This document shows, piece by piece, positions 1 to 7,699 of a DNA stretch of 23,219 nt. Location of the stretch: NCBI GenBank assembly GCA_031411295.1, contig JANOAV010000107.1, positions 1-23,219 of the forward strand. Direction: 5' to 3'. The notes under the pieces are model-generated. The model was not told where the DNA came from, did no database searches, and saw nothing but the letters and a program-made list of their open reading frames with translations. Origin of the DNA: Verrucomicrobiales bacterium. GTDB lineage: Bacteria > Verrucomicrobiota > Verrucomicrobiia > Verrucomicrobiales > V1-33. The first letter of the stretch is position 1, and every line of letters begins with the position of its first letter. The translations under genes and the position numbers were made by a program.

Positions 1-743
1 GTTGCCACGGTGCGCAGCGTGTCGCTTTCCTGACGCGACTGATGCCCGTCGATGAAACTCCCTTTCGTCGGATTTCCCAAGCCGAGCACGAAGGTCTCCT
101 TCACTGATTTCGGCAGCGGTGTGATGGGCGCAAGACTCACGGAATCCCCATCGGTGAGGACGATCAGTCGTGTGCTTCCATCCGGGAACTCGCCCACCTG
201 CTTCAGCGCGCCATTCACCGCCTGGCCGAGGTCCGTCTGCCCTGCTGGCATGGCATAGGAAAGCGGGAGCCCGTTAAAAACATTGCGCACCAGCTCCGGG
301 TCGCGCGCCTCCATCACCACCGGCATCGACTCCGTGTAAAAGGCGATCACAGCGTAGCGCAAATTTCCGCTCACGCGCTGGAGGATGCCATCCACCACCT
401 CCTTCATCCGCGCGTGCCGCGTCAGCTTTGCATCCGGCCCCGCATCCACCAGATACATGCTGGGGGAGAGATCCGCCACGAACACCAGCCGCGTCGCCTG
501 CTTGTCACCACCGCCTTTGCTGTCGCCTGCAGAAGCCAGTTGCAACACCATCAGCGTGGCCAGACCCCATGCGAACCCCGCCAAACTAAACGAACGCAGA
601 AACGGCACCGCCAGCGTCCAACGATTCGGCCTGCCTCCCGGCCCAAAAGCCAACCGTCCCACCACGCGAATCCGCCGCGCATGCAGCCATTCGGCAAGCG
701 ATGCGAGGATAAGGACGATGAAAGCGGCTAGGAGCGGGAGCAT
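1..743 (-). CDS. vWA (von Willebrand A) domain membrane protein, BatA/BatB-like; 3' end lies outside the window
   Basis: Hand translation from ATG at 743: MLPLLAAFIVLILASLAEWLHARRIRVVGRLAFG... with two N-terminal hydrophobic segments, then LVFVADLSPSM (MIDAS DxSxS), GQTDLGQAV and LIVLTDGD. Open to position 1, so absent from the ORF track. Confidence 0.85.
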   Translation of the reverse strand, partial: MLPLLAAFIVLILASLAEWLHARRIRVVGRLAFGPGGRPNRWTLAVPFLRSFSLAGFAWGLATLMVLQLASAGDSKGGGDKQATRLVFVADLSPSMYLVDAGPDAKLTRHARMKEVVDGILQRVSGNLRYAVIAFYTESMPVVMEARDPELVRNVFNGLPLSYAMPAGQTDLGQAVNGALKQVGEFPDGSTRLIVLTDGDSVSLAPITPLPKSVKETFVLGLGNPTKGSFIDGHQSRQESDTLRTVA

Positions 744-905
744 TGGTGGTGAACCAGGGGAAGACCTGCGCAACGGGGTGGAATTTCGGTGGGCCGAGGA
801 TTACTTGAGCGCCCTGCGATGGAAAGACCTTTCGGCTACCTGAAGACGGACGCCCCCTCCAACACGTATCGTTCATCGCGCAGACCTGATGAGGACGAGA
901 GCTTA

Positions 906-1168
906 CGGCCGGGGTGCCGGCCGAAACTTCGTCATTCGTCATTCGTTCATCCTTCGCAGTCTTGCTACGGAGAACGGATCATTCGTTAATCGTAAATCCT
1001 TCCCCACGGTCGTCCACCAGAGCATGTTGGCTGCGGGGTGCTGCCGACTGAGGCCAGTCGGCACACGTTGGTGTCCAGGCTTTGGCCGATAGCATCCTGC
1101 AACACACACTCCTTTCGGCTAAAGCTATTACACCAACCGAGGAAAATGCGCAGTCGAGCCGACTGCGC
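906..1168. repeat. Cluster of REP-like palindromes plus TTCGTCA heptamer repeats
   Basis: CGGCCGG-ggtg-CCGGCCG (906-923); TTCGTCA x2.7 (928-946); imperfect CGTTCaTCC...GGAGAACG (944-976); TGCCGACTG-aggc-CAGTCGGCA (1042-1063); GCGCAGTCG-agc-CGACTGCGC (1148-1168). Confidence 0.55.
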
Positions 1169-1182
1169 CACGCTCCCCCGGG

Positions 1183-1470
1183 TTATTGGCTATTCGCAGC
1201 TTCCATACGCTTCAATTGCTGCAAGCAATACAGCAGTGGCAGGGCGCCGAAAACTCCGAACGAACAGTCAATCAGCCGCCAATAAAATGGGATGCCGCGC
1301 AGCGGGCCACAGATCAAGGCCAGGGGGATCACCGCAAAACACGCGAAGAGGCCGGCGTATAAATTCGCCCGACTGGACAAGGGATGCAGCCAGGGACTGA
1401 TAAAGAATGCCGCTATCATCAGGTGCCCGAAGGTCAGTCAATCGGCGCCATAAGCGATCCAAGGATAATC
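1183..1470 (-). pseudogene. Truncated conserved hypothetical membrane protein with an in-frame TGA
   Basis: Frame reads DYPWIAYGAD*LTFGHLMIAAFFISPWLHP...GPLRGIPFYWRLIDCSFGVFG. This resembles a family I recall as YPFLAYGTDWLAFAHLVIA...RGIPFYWRLIDCSFGVFG. The TGA at 1440-1438 sits at the expected Trp and the N-terminal part is missing. Confidence 0.65.
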
Positions 1471-1514
1471 AGGAAATCTCGAACAAGGAGGTCACGCTTT
1501 CGCCCTCATGAATC

Positions 1515-1838
1515 CTACTAGCCAGCCGCAGCGGCCCCGATGCCGCAGCCTGGGCTGCCGCCGTATGGCCGCACCGCGGCATCGAAGGCGTGCGCAGCCT
1601 CATGGCCCTAGCCGGACTGGTTGATTAAATGGGAGTTGGGTTTGCTGGGAGGCGGCGGTTCCGGCTTTGAGGAGGCTTTGCAGGTCGCGCAGGCGGTGGC
1701 TTGGGCGCAGGCGGATTCGAGGGCTTGGTGGCTATGGTTGCGGCGGAACCCCGACCTCCAAGATGATCAACTACCCCCCCGCCGGGTGGTGCATTTTGAA
1801 GTGACCATGAGTAGTGCATTTTGAAGTGACCGCTGACA
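1515..1838 (+). mobile_element. Degenerate IS21-family remnant: istA-like fragments plus one terminal repeat end
   Basis: 18-bp direct repeat GTGCATTTTGAAGTGACC at 1789-1806 and 1814-1831 (25-bp period), ending GCTGACA at 1838 (5'-TGTCAGCGGTCACTTCAAAATGCAC on the minus strand), typical of IS21 ends. 1515-1620 (+) reads ASRSGPDAAAWAAAVWPHRGIEGVRSLMALAGL. 1745-1627 (-) reads RRNHSHQALESACAQA, then a frameshift, then RLRDLQSLLKAGTAASQQTQLPF. Both resemble the IstA C-terminal region. Confidence 0.7.
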
Positions 1839-1961
1839 GCGGCATACAAACAAACCCTAGCTCAATTTGAGCACGAGTGCGCTGCCAGAGCCGACCATTG
1901 GCTACCGATGCCGGAAACGACAGATGCCATGCACCTTGCCGCAGCGCAGGAATATGATGAG

Positions 1962-2030
1962 GACATCATCAAGGTGGGCCAGGAAGTGGAAGCTCGCGTC
2001 ATCAAAGTGGACAAAGTGGAACGCCCAATC
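1962..2030 (+). pseudogene. Isolated fragment of an S1 RNA-binding domain, most like the last repeat of ribosomal protein S1
   Basis: DIIKVGQEVEARVIKVDKVERPI matches the S1 pattern D.lkvGqeVearVikvDkverrIgLS. Flanks are unrelated. Confidence 0.6.
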
Positions 2031-2156
2031 TACAGCCGGGCCTCTCCAGCAAAGCCGCCCTCGTCGGCCCACTCACGAAACCACATTTCTCTTTTCATCT
2101 GGTGAAATTCCCGTCATGAATGAACTAGGTTACCCCGGTTACTCCCCCATGGTGTT

Positions 2157-3503
2157 ATGAAATATTCCCTTTGGCTTCTCCTCCTTACTATCGGCACTGT
2201 TGATGCTGGCGCAGTCTATTGGACCGATCGTGCCAGCGGGGCCAAAGCCATTCGTCGCATGGGAATGAACGGCTCCTCCCCCACGACCACCACCCCGTTG
2301 CTGGCCCTCGCCACGGGGGCTGACCCACGCGGCATCGCAGTCGATACCAGTGCGGGGAAACTTTACTATGGTTCGCTGACGCAGATCATCCAGGCGAACT
2401 TGGATGGCACTGGGTCCAGTGTAAAAATTTCCGGACGAACGGCCGTGCGTGATCTTAAGTTAGATCGGCCGACCAACTACCTGTATTGGGCGGACCAGAC
2501 TGGGGGAAATATTCAGCGCGCCCTAACGTCAGATTTTATCATCAATGCCAGTTACGCCAAGTTGGCCACGGATGTCTATTATCTGGACCTTTACCGTGTC
2601 CCTGGGAACACCAGTAATCCGCTGATTCTCTGGGGCGACAGCAATACCAGCATTTGGATCACCGGGGTGGATGTCAGTTGGATTACGCCCAATTTTTCCT
2701 GGGGCCCGGGGAGCAGCGTGCGGGGGGTCTGCGTGGATTCGGAAAATCAGATGCTCTATTGGAACGAAAAGGATGCGAAGATGGTGCGGAGGGCAAAATT
2801 AAAGATCAATGGCGAGGTGGATTCGACCACGATTCAGAATCTTTATACCGGCTTAAATGCGCCACACGGCCTCGTGTTGGATTTGCCAGCGCGTAAATTA
2901 TACTGGGTGGACAGCGGCACGAATGGCACCACGGGTTTTGGTCGTAGTGGGGTGAATCGGGGGGACTTGGATGGCGCGGGCGCAGCCGAGGCATTGATCG
3001 GTCCCAGCAGCACCCTGAATGCATTTGCCGGGCAGCCGTGGGATCTGGATTTGGATCCGAGAACCCTAACTTATGATGAATGGAAGGCGCGTTATTTCCG
3101 CATCGATGCTCCCTTGAGTCAGACTGGTCCGGGGATGGATCCGGATGGGGATGGGATGAAGAATTTCGCAGAATATGCGCAAGGCACTCCGCCGTTGGTG
3201 GCTGGGGCAAATCCTCAACTGCGCGCACTGAGCATCAGCGTTTCAGGCACGAATTATCCGGCCATCCAATTCTCCCGCCGGATCGGAGTGACGGATGTAA
3301 ATTATTTCGTTCAGGTTTCTACCAGCCTCGGAGCGTGGCAGGATAACGTGCACACGCCCTCGGCTGGCGTGACGCCAATTACCGTGGAAACGTCCATCAC
3401 GCCTTTGGATGATGGTATGGAGTTGGTGACGACGCGCAGCAATACGCCATACTTCAGCCAAGCGCGGCAATTTCTCCAAGTGTTGATGGAGGCCAAACCG
3501 TAA
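2157..3503 (+). CDS. Secreted YWTD/LDL-receptor class B beta-propeller protein with a verrucomicrobial-type C-terminal domain
   Basis: Signal peptide MKYSLWLLLLTIGTVDAGA; blades VYWTD, KLYYG, LYWAD, ILWGD, LYWNE, LYWVD with PRGIAVD/PHGLVLD; C-terminal DPDGDGMKNFAEYAQGTPP...VQVSTSLGAW...RQFLQV. Confidence 0.8.
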   Translation: MKYSLWLLLLTIGTVDAGAVYWTDRASGAKAIRRMGMNGSSPTTTTPLLALATGADPRGIAVDTSAGKLYYGSLTQIIQANLDGTGSSVKISGRTAVRDLKLDRPTNYLYWADQTGGNIQRALTSDFIINASYAKLATDVYYLDLYRVPGNTSNPLILWGDSNTSIWITGVDVSWITPNFSWGPGSSVRGVCVDSENQMLYWNEKDAKMVRRAKLKINGEVDSTTIQNLYTGLNAPHGLVLDLPARKLYWVDSGTNGTTGFGRSGVNRGDLDGAGAAEALIGPSSTLNAFAGQPWDLDLDPRTLTYDEWKARYFRIDAPLSQTGPGMDPDGDGMKNFAEYAQGTPPLVAGANPQLRALSISVSGTNYPAIQFSRRIGVTDVNYFVQVSTSLGAWQDNVHTPSAGVTPITVETSITPLDDGMELVTTRSNTPYFSQARQFLQVLMEAKP

Positions 3504-3565
3504 AGCGCTTCCTTGCGTGTCGCTGGTGACTTGCCGAGCGGCGGCCTGACGGCTCTGCTGCGTCC

Positions 3566-4534
3566 ATGAATTTCAGATTGCGCATCTTCTTGCTGATCTC
3601 TCTTTTGGCTCTGACGGCTGGCGCGGAGGAACCGAAGGTGGTGGCCTATATTCCGAACTGGATTGATTTGCCAAGCTTTGCCAAATCGATTGCCTATGAC
3701 AAAGTGACTCATCTCAATATCGCTTTTGAAAATCCCGTGGATGACGCAGGGACGCTTTCTTTCAACCAAGGAAATGGTAGTATCATCAAAGAAGCCAAGG
3801 AGCATCACCTTAAAGTTCTGCTCTCGATTGGGGGCGGATCCGCTTCGGGGGACCAGGCGGTGCTGGCGCGCTATGGTAAGTTGTTGGCGGCGGATCGGCG
3901 GGAGGCGTTCGCGCAGAAACTCATGGACGTGGTCGTGACCCGTGGTTTCGATGGGTTGGATGTGGATCTGGAAGGACCGTCGATCACGGCTGACTATGGA
4001 GCGTTCATTCAGGCGCTCTCCACTCTGGCAAAGGCCAGCTATAAGCTGCTCACTGCGGCGTTGTCTCGGGGTTACGGCGGGGACAAGGTGACGGCCGAGA
4101 CGCTCCGGAAATTCGATTTCGTGAACCTCATGGCCTATGACGCCACCGGACCATGGAGCCCTCAGGAACCCGGGCAACATTCATCCCTGGAGTTTGCCAA
4201 AGAAAATGTCCGTTACTGGTTGGGCCGGGGATTGCCAAAGGAGCAGGCGGTGCTGGGGCTGCCGTTTTATGGCTATGGATTTGGCGAAGCCAGCAAGAAC
4301 CGCGACTATCCCTACGCCAAGATCCTCACCGATTTTCCCGGGGCGCAGAAGAGTGACCAGGTGGGCCAGACGATCTGGTATAACGGCATCCCCACGATTC
4401 AGGCCAAGACGCGATTTATGCTGGAAACTGGCTTGGCCGGAGTGATGATTTGGTCGCTCGATTCCGATGCCAAGGGAGAGCATTCGCTGCTACAGGCCAT
4501 TCATGAAACGCTGCAAACGTGGCGGGCGAGGTAA
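3566..4534 (+). CDS. Glycoside hydrolase family 18 (chitinase-like), secreted, catalytic domain only
   Basis: Signal peptide; KVLLSIGG, GFDGLDVDLEG (DxxDxDxE catalytic motif), VNLMAYD, LGLPFYG, GVMIWSLDSD. Confidence 0.92.
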   Translation: MNFRLRIFLLISLLALTAGAEEPKVVAYIPNWIDLPSFAKSIAYDKVTHLNIAFENPVDDAGTLSFNQGNGSIIKEAKEHHLKVLLSIGGGSASGDQAVLARYGKLLAADRREAFAQKLMDVVVTRGFDGLDVDLEGPSITADYGAFIQALSTLAKASYKLLTAALSRGYGGDKVTAETLRKFDFVNLMAYDATGPWSPQEPGQHSSLEFAKENVRYWLGRGLPKEQAVLGLPFYGYGFGEASKNRDYPYAKILTDFPGAQKSDQVGQTIWYNGIPTIQAKTRFMLETGLAGVMIWSLDSDAKGEHSLLQAIHETLQTWRAR

Positions 4535-4625
4535 CGAGACCAACGGCAGGATCAGCCGGCTGCGGAAGTTGCTGGGTCTCGTGACCTCGCCCTCCATACG
4601 ATGCCTCCACGTTGCCTCAACGAAA

Positions 4626-4659
4626 CAGCCCGGAGTAGCGCTGGGGCTGCTCCGGGCTG
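4626..4659 (-). terminator. Hairpin between the convergent GH18 and FKBP genes; probable intrinsic terminator
   Basis: CAGCCCGGAGTAGC-gctggg-GCTGCTCCGGGCTG, a 14-bp near-perfect stem. On the minus strand it is followed by TTTCGTT, about 30 nt after the FKBP stop. Confidence 0.65.
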
Positions 4660-4686
4660 GGGCTTGATTCTCGAAATACGGCTAGC

Positions 4687-5856
4687 TTATTTCTTTTCTC
4701 CAGTTGGTTTCGACTCCTTGGGCGTATCCTTGCCTTTTTCAGGAACAGGTCTGGCGGGGATGTCGATGCTCACTGGCGGAGTCGTGGCAGAGATGGGTTG
4801 GCGATTGGCCGGTGGTGGGACCGCACCTGGAATGGAAATGGGCGGAGTGGCCATGCCGGGCGAGGCAGCCTGAGCCGGTGCGGCTTGGGTTCCCACTAAC
4901 TCTACTTGATAGATCACGAGTGAATTCGGGCGGATCTGTGGAGGGCGACCTGCTTCACCATAGGCCAGGGCTGGGGGCATCCAGAATTTGTAAGTGGAGC
5001 CGATTTCCATCATGGCCATAGCTTCCTGCCAGCCTTTGGTCATGCTTTGCGGCACCGTGCGCGGGGTCCCTTCGGGGCTGCGCTCGAACTCTTTGCCATC
5101 GGCCAGGGTGGCGACGTAGTTCACGGTCACCATCTCATCCGCTTTGGGCTTCACGCCTTCCGCTTTCTTCACGACCTTGAATTGCAAGCCAGTGGGCGTG
5201 GTGGTGACACCTTCGGCCTTGGCATTTTGCTCAAGGAAGGCGGCGGCTTCTTTTTGGTTAACTTCACCTTCCAAGCGGGCCTTTTCCTGCCGACGGCTGG
5301 TGACTTCCTGCTGCACCCCGTTCATTTCCGCGCGCATCCCGCCCTCGCTCAGCTTGGGCTTGTCTCCGTTGAGGGTTTCCTTCAGGGCCGCCATCAATTG
5401 CGCGATGTCCACCTTGAGGTCATCCTTCTTAAGCATGTTAGCCAATTGGGCACCATTGACGAAATCGCTCGACTTATCCCCTGCCATGACGGCTTTGAAT
5501 CCAGCTTCGACTTCGGCCAAATTTGTTTTCGAGGAACCATCATCCATGCGCTTGAGTTGGTTACCCATGAAGACTCCGAGGGCATAATTGCGACGTTCTT
5601 CGTCCGTTTTGAATGCAGTGGCATCGGCAGGATCCGGGGCCGCGCTGGGTGGCTGCATACTCGGACCGCCGGGGCCGCCGGGAGCACCGGCAGGCCGCGC
5701 CCCGGGGGCAGGCCGGGGAGCCGGAGCGGGCTGCCCAGCTGGGGCGGATGGACGGATGGCGGCCGGAGGCGCTGGAGCGGCCTCTTGCGCGACACTAACG
5801 GAAAGCGCAGCGGTGGTGGCTGCGAGGAGGAGTTGGGTAAAACGGTTGGGTCTCAT
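4687..5856 (-). CDS. Exported FKBP-type peptidyl-prolyl isomerase (FkpA/Mip-like) with Pro/Ala-rich extensions
   Basis: Likely start ATG 5856 (MRPNRFTQLLLAATTAALSVSVAQE, signal peptide); FKBP_N motifs NYALGVFMGNQL and AAAFLEQNAKAEGVTTTPTGLQFKV; catalytic domain VTVNY...KGWQEAM...PPALAYG...IRPNSLVIYQVEL. Confidence 0.9.
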   Translation of the reverse strand: MRPNRFTQLLLAATTAALSVSVAQEAAPAPPAAIRPSAPAGQPAPAPRPAPGARPAGAPGGPGGPSMQPPSAAPDPADATAFKTDEERRNYALGVFMGNQLKRMDDGSSKTNLAEVEAGFKAVMAGDKSSDFVNGAQLANMLKKDDLKVDIAQLMAALKETLNGDKPKLSEGGMRAEMNGVQQEVTSRRQEKARLEGEVNQKEAAAFLEQNAKAEGVTTTPTGLQFKVVKKAEGVKPKADEMVTVNYVATLADGKEFERSPEGTPRTVPQSMTKGWQEAMAMMEIGSTYKFWMPPALAYGEAGRPPQIRPNSLVIYQVELVGTQAAPAQAASPGMATPPISIPGAVPPPANRQPISATTPPVSIDIPARPVPEKGKDTPKESKPTGEKK

Positions 5857-6067
5857 GAACGGAACGGGGTTGGAAATAGGGCAATTTCTGCCAAATGATG
5901 GCGCAAGGCTAGCGGGCACGCCGCTTGGCGTCAATGAAAGTTGCAGTGAGAAATGAGGGGGGAATTGGCACCGGAAAAAAGCCACGCACTATAAGTGGCG
6001 AAATTTCCAGATGAAAACATGCCCTATGCTTTCAGAAAATCCCGGGTAGATTGGACACAAAGTTCTC

Positions 6068-6391
6068 ATGAGCCCAGACCCACCCACCGAATCCAAATCC
6101 CAACGCCTGCCGAAGTTTGCCATGCTGTTCGTGGTGTGGTTGGTGACGCTAATCGTGGCACTTTTAGCGCTTTTCATGGAACCGTTGCGCAATATCGGCT
6201 CAGCATGGTGGTGGGTGCCGCCGGTGCCAGCACTGTGGACGGGAGGATTCTTTTCGGCCAAGATTATCCATCATCGAAGTGATTGGCCGCTTTGGATTGC
6301 CGGAGGGTTCATCTATGGGGCGCTGCTGCTCTGTAGTTACGTTGGACTGCTCTTCGGTTATTGTGCCCTGTCCGCGTTTCGCTTCCATTGA
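6068..6391 (+). CDS. Small hypothetical membrane protein (about 3 TM helices)
   Basis: 107 aa with three hydrophobic stretches; its TGA stop overlaps the TTG of the next gene (TTGA at 6388-6391). Confidence 0.65.
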   Translation: MSPDPPTESKSQRLPKFAMLFVVWLVTLIVALLALFMEPLRNIGSAWWWVPPVPALWTGGFFSAKIIHHRSDWPLWIAGGFIYGALLLCSYVGLLFGYCALSAFRFH

Positions 6392-7650
6392 AACATCTCC
6401 TTCCAGCCCTTTGGCTCAGCCTGTCGATGGCTGCGGCAGAGCCCGTGGCCCGTGTTTGGACGCACACCGATGGACGAAAACTCACGGCAGCTCTCTTGGG
6501 CATCGAATTCGAAACCGTCGTCTTGCGGTCATCGGAAGGCGCACCGCTCACGATGCCATTGACGCAATTGAGCGAAGGAGACCAATCTTTCCTGCGAGCC
6601 TGGCAGCGGGAGCGCTTGCCTGAAGCGGCCTTGCCGCCAGTGGTGTGGCCAGGAGAAATCTCCGCTGGCACCGTGGCACTATCCGCCCCGGTGCGGGAGG
6701 AGGAGCGCTGGGTCATGAACACGGTCAACTATCATTTCATCTGCGAAACTGAACTAGCCACTTCCGCCGTGCAGGATTTGGCATCGGTGGGCGAAGCCAC
6801 CCGCCGCTGGCTGCGGGCTTGGCCGCTGCCAATGCCAGAGTTGCCTGCGAACACTAGAGCGGTGGCGCGACTCTTCAAAAACAAAGCCTCGTATGAAGCC
6901 GCAGGTGGCCCGGTGGACTCCGGTGGGTTCTTCCGCGGACGCTGGGGTAATGGGGAACTCCTCGTCCCCTACGAAAGTCTGGGCTTGGAGCCGAATCCCA
7001 ACGGCAACGGCTATCGCAAAAGCCTGACCTTCTCTCCCCGCACGCTAGTGCATGAGATGACGCACCAACAGATGGCCCCGTTGCTCCCGTTGCTCCCGCT
7101 CTGGCTTAGTGAAGGCTTGGCTGAACTGGCTGCGTTGCCGGAATATCGGGGTGGCAAATTTCGCGTTAGTCGGGAACTCATGCTGGGGAGGCTCCGACAG
7201 CGCTGGGAAGAGTATGAAACGAGAGATCCCGTCACTGGCGCAAAAAGTTCCACCGCTCCGCGCACTCCTGCCAGCGCTTGGACGATCCCGCTCGAGACCC
7301 TCTGCAGCCTTGATGAGACCAGCCCGGCCTGGCTTCGAGGCACGCTGGCGGATAAACATCGCTTCTACCTAACATCACTAATTGTCAGCTACTATTTCCT
7401 GTATCTGGAAGGCGATGGCCAGGCCAGGCGGCTGCGGCTCTACTGGCAGGATCTGCTCCAGGCCCAGCGCTATGTGGCGACTCGCGGCCAGTCCGGCAAC
7501 ATTCCTCCCGGCATCGATCCACACTTACCAGCCCTGCAGGAGGCGCTGACAGCGCGCTTATTCGGCAGTCAAACCCTGCGGGCGCTGCAAGTGGACCTCC
7601 GGAAACGCTGCCATGCGGTCGGGATGCGCGTGGAGTTTCCGCCAAGTTAG
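6388..7650 (+). CDS. Secreted SHD1-like domain + zincin (peptidase MA/DUF1570-like) protein
   Basis: A TTG start at 6388 gives signal peptide MKHLLPALWLSLSMAAA; RVWTHTDGRKLTA...PLTQLSEGDQSFL is the SHD1-like pattern; TLVHEMTHQ...LPLWLSEGLAE gives HExxH plus a downstream Glu ligand. Confidence 0.8.
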   Translation: MKHLLPALWLSLSMAAAEPVARVWTHTDGRKLTAALLGIEFETVVLRSSEGAPLTMPLTQLSEGDQSFLRAWQRERLPEAALPPVVWPGEISAGTVALSAPVREEERWVMNTVNYHFICETELATSAVQDLASVGEATRRWLRAWPLPMPELPANTRAVARLFKNKASYEAAGGPVDSGGFFRGRWGNGELLVPYESLGLEPNPNGNGYRKSLTFSPRTLVHEMTHQQMAPLLPLLPLWLSEGLAELAALPEYRGGKFRVSRELMLGRLRQRWEEYETRDPVTGAKSSTAPRTPASAWTIPLETLCSLDETSPAWLRGTLADKHRFYLTSLIVSYYFLYLEGDGQARRLRLYWQDLLQAQRYVATRGQSGNIPPGIDPHLPALQEALTARLFGSQTLRALQVDLRKRCHAVGMRVEFPPS

Positions 7651-7699
7651 GGCGGAATAATGGTGGCGGGATGGCCGGAGTTGGCTAATAGGGAAGGGC

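Noticed and set aside
855..900. Minus-strand DERYVLE, resembling the C-terminus of IS200/RAYT transposases; also ATCGTTCATC, resembling the start of the glnA riboswitch
   Set aside because: The peptide match is too short to support, and the riboswitch's downstream GGAAGUA/GAACG elements are not positioned correctly.
880..935. Hammerhead ribozyme-like CTGATGA (886-892) ... GAAAC (923-927)
   Set aside because: The strong hairpin does not start directly after CUGAUGA, and no stem I/III arrangement with a proper NUH cleavage triplet could be built.
52..1400. Short ORFs 52-258, 385-843, 414-731, 586-942, 789-989, 889-1092, 1038-1400
   Set aside because: Antisense or off-frame shadows of the vWA gene, or translations of palindromic intergenic DNA; no recognisable motifs.
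1438..1440. TGA recoded as Trp or selenocysteine
   Set aside because: TGA serves as a stop elsewhere, Trp is TGG throughout, the aligned residue is Trp rather than Cys, and the gene is also 5'-truncated.
1789..1831. 18-bp direct repeat as a mini-CRISPR or operator
   Set aside because: Only two copies with a 7-bp spacer and no cas genes; the terminal CA and adjacent IstA-like peptides fit an IS21 end better.
3311..5956. Long ORFs 3311-4180 (-), 5047-5898 (+), 5144-5587 (+), 5588-5956 (+)
   Set aside because: They lie antisense to the well-supported GH18 and FKBP genes, as expected in GC-rich DNA.
5857..5985. ORF-track N-terminal extensions of FKBP (to 5985), and likewise of the genes listed from 6361 and 9836
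   Set aside because: Downstream starts (5856, 6388, 9923) place signal peptides at the N-terminus.
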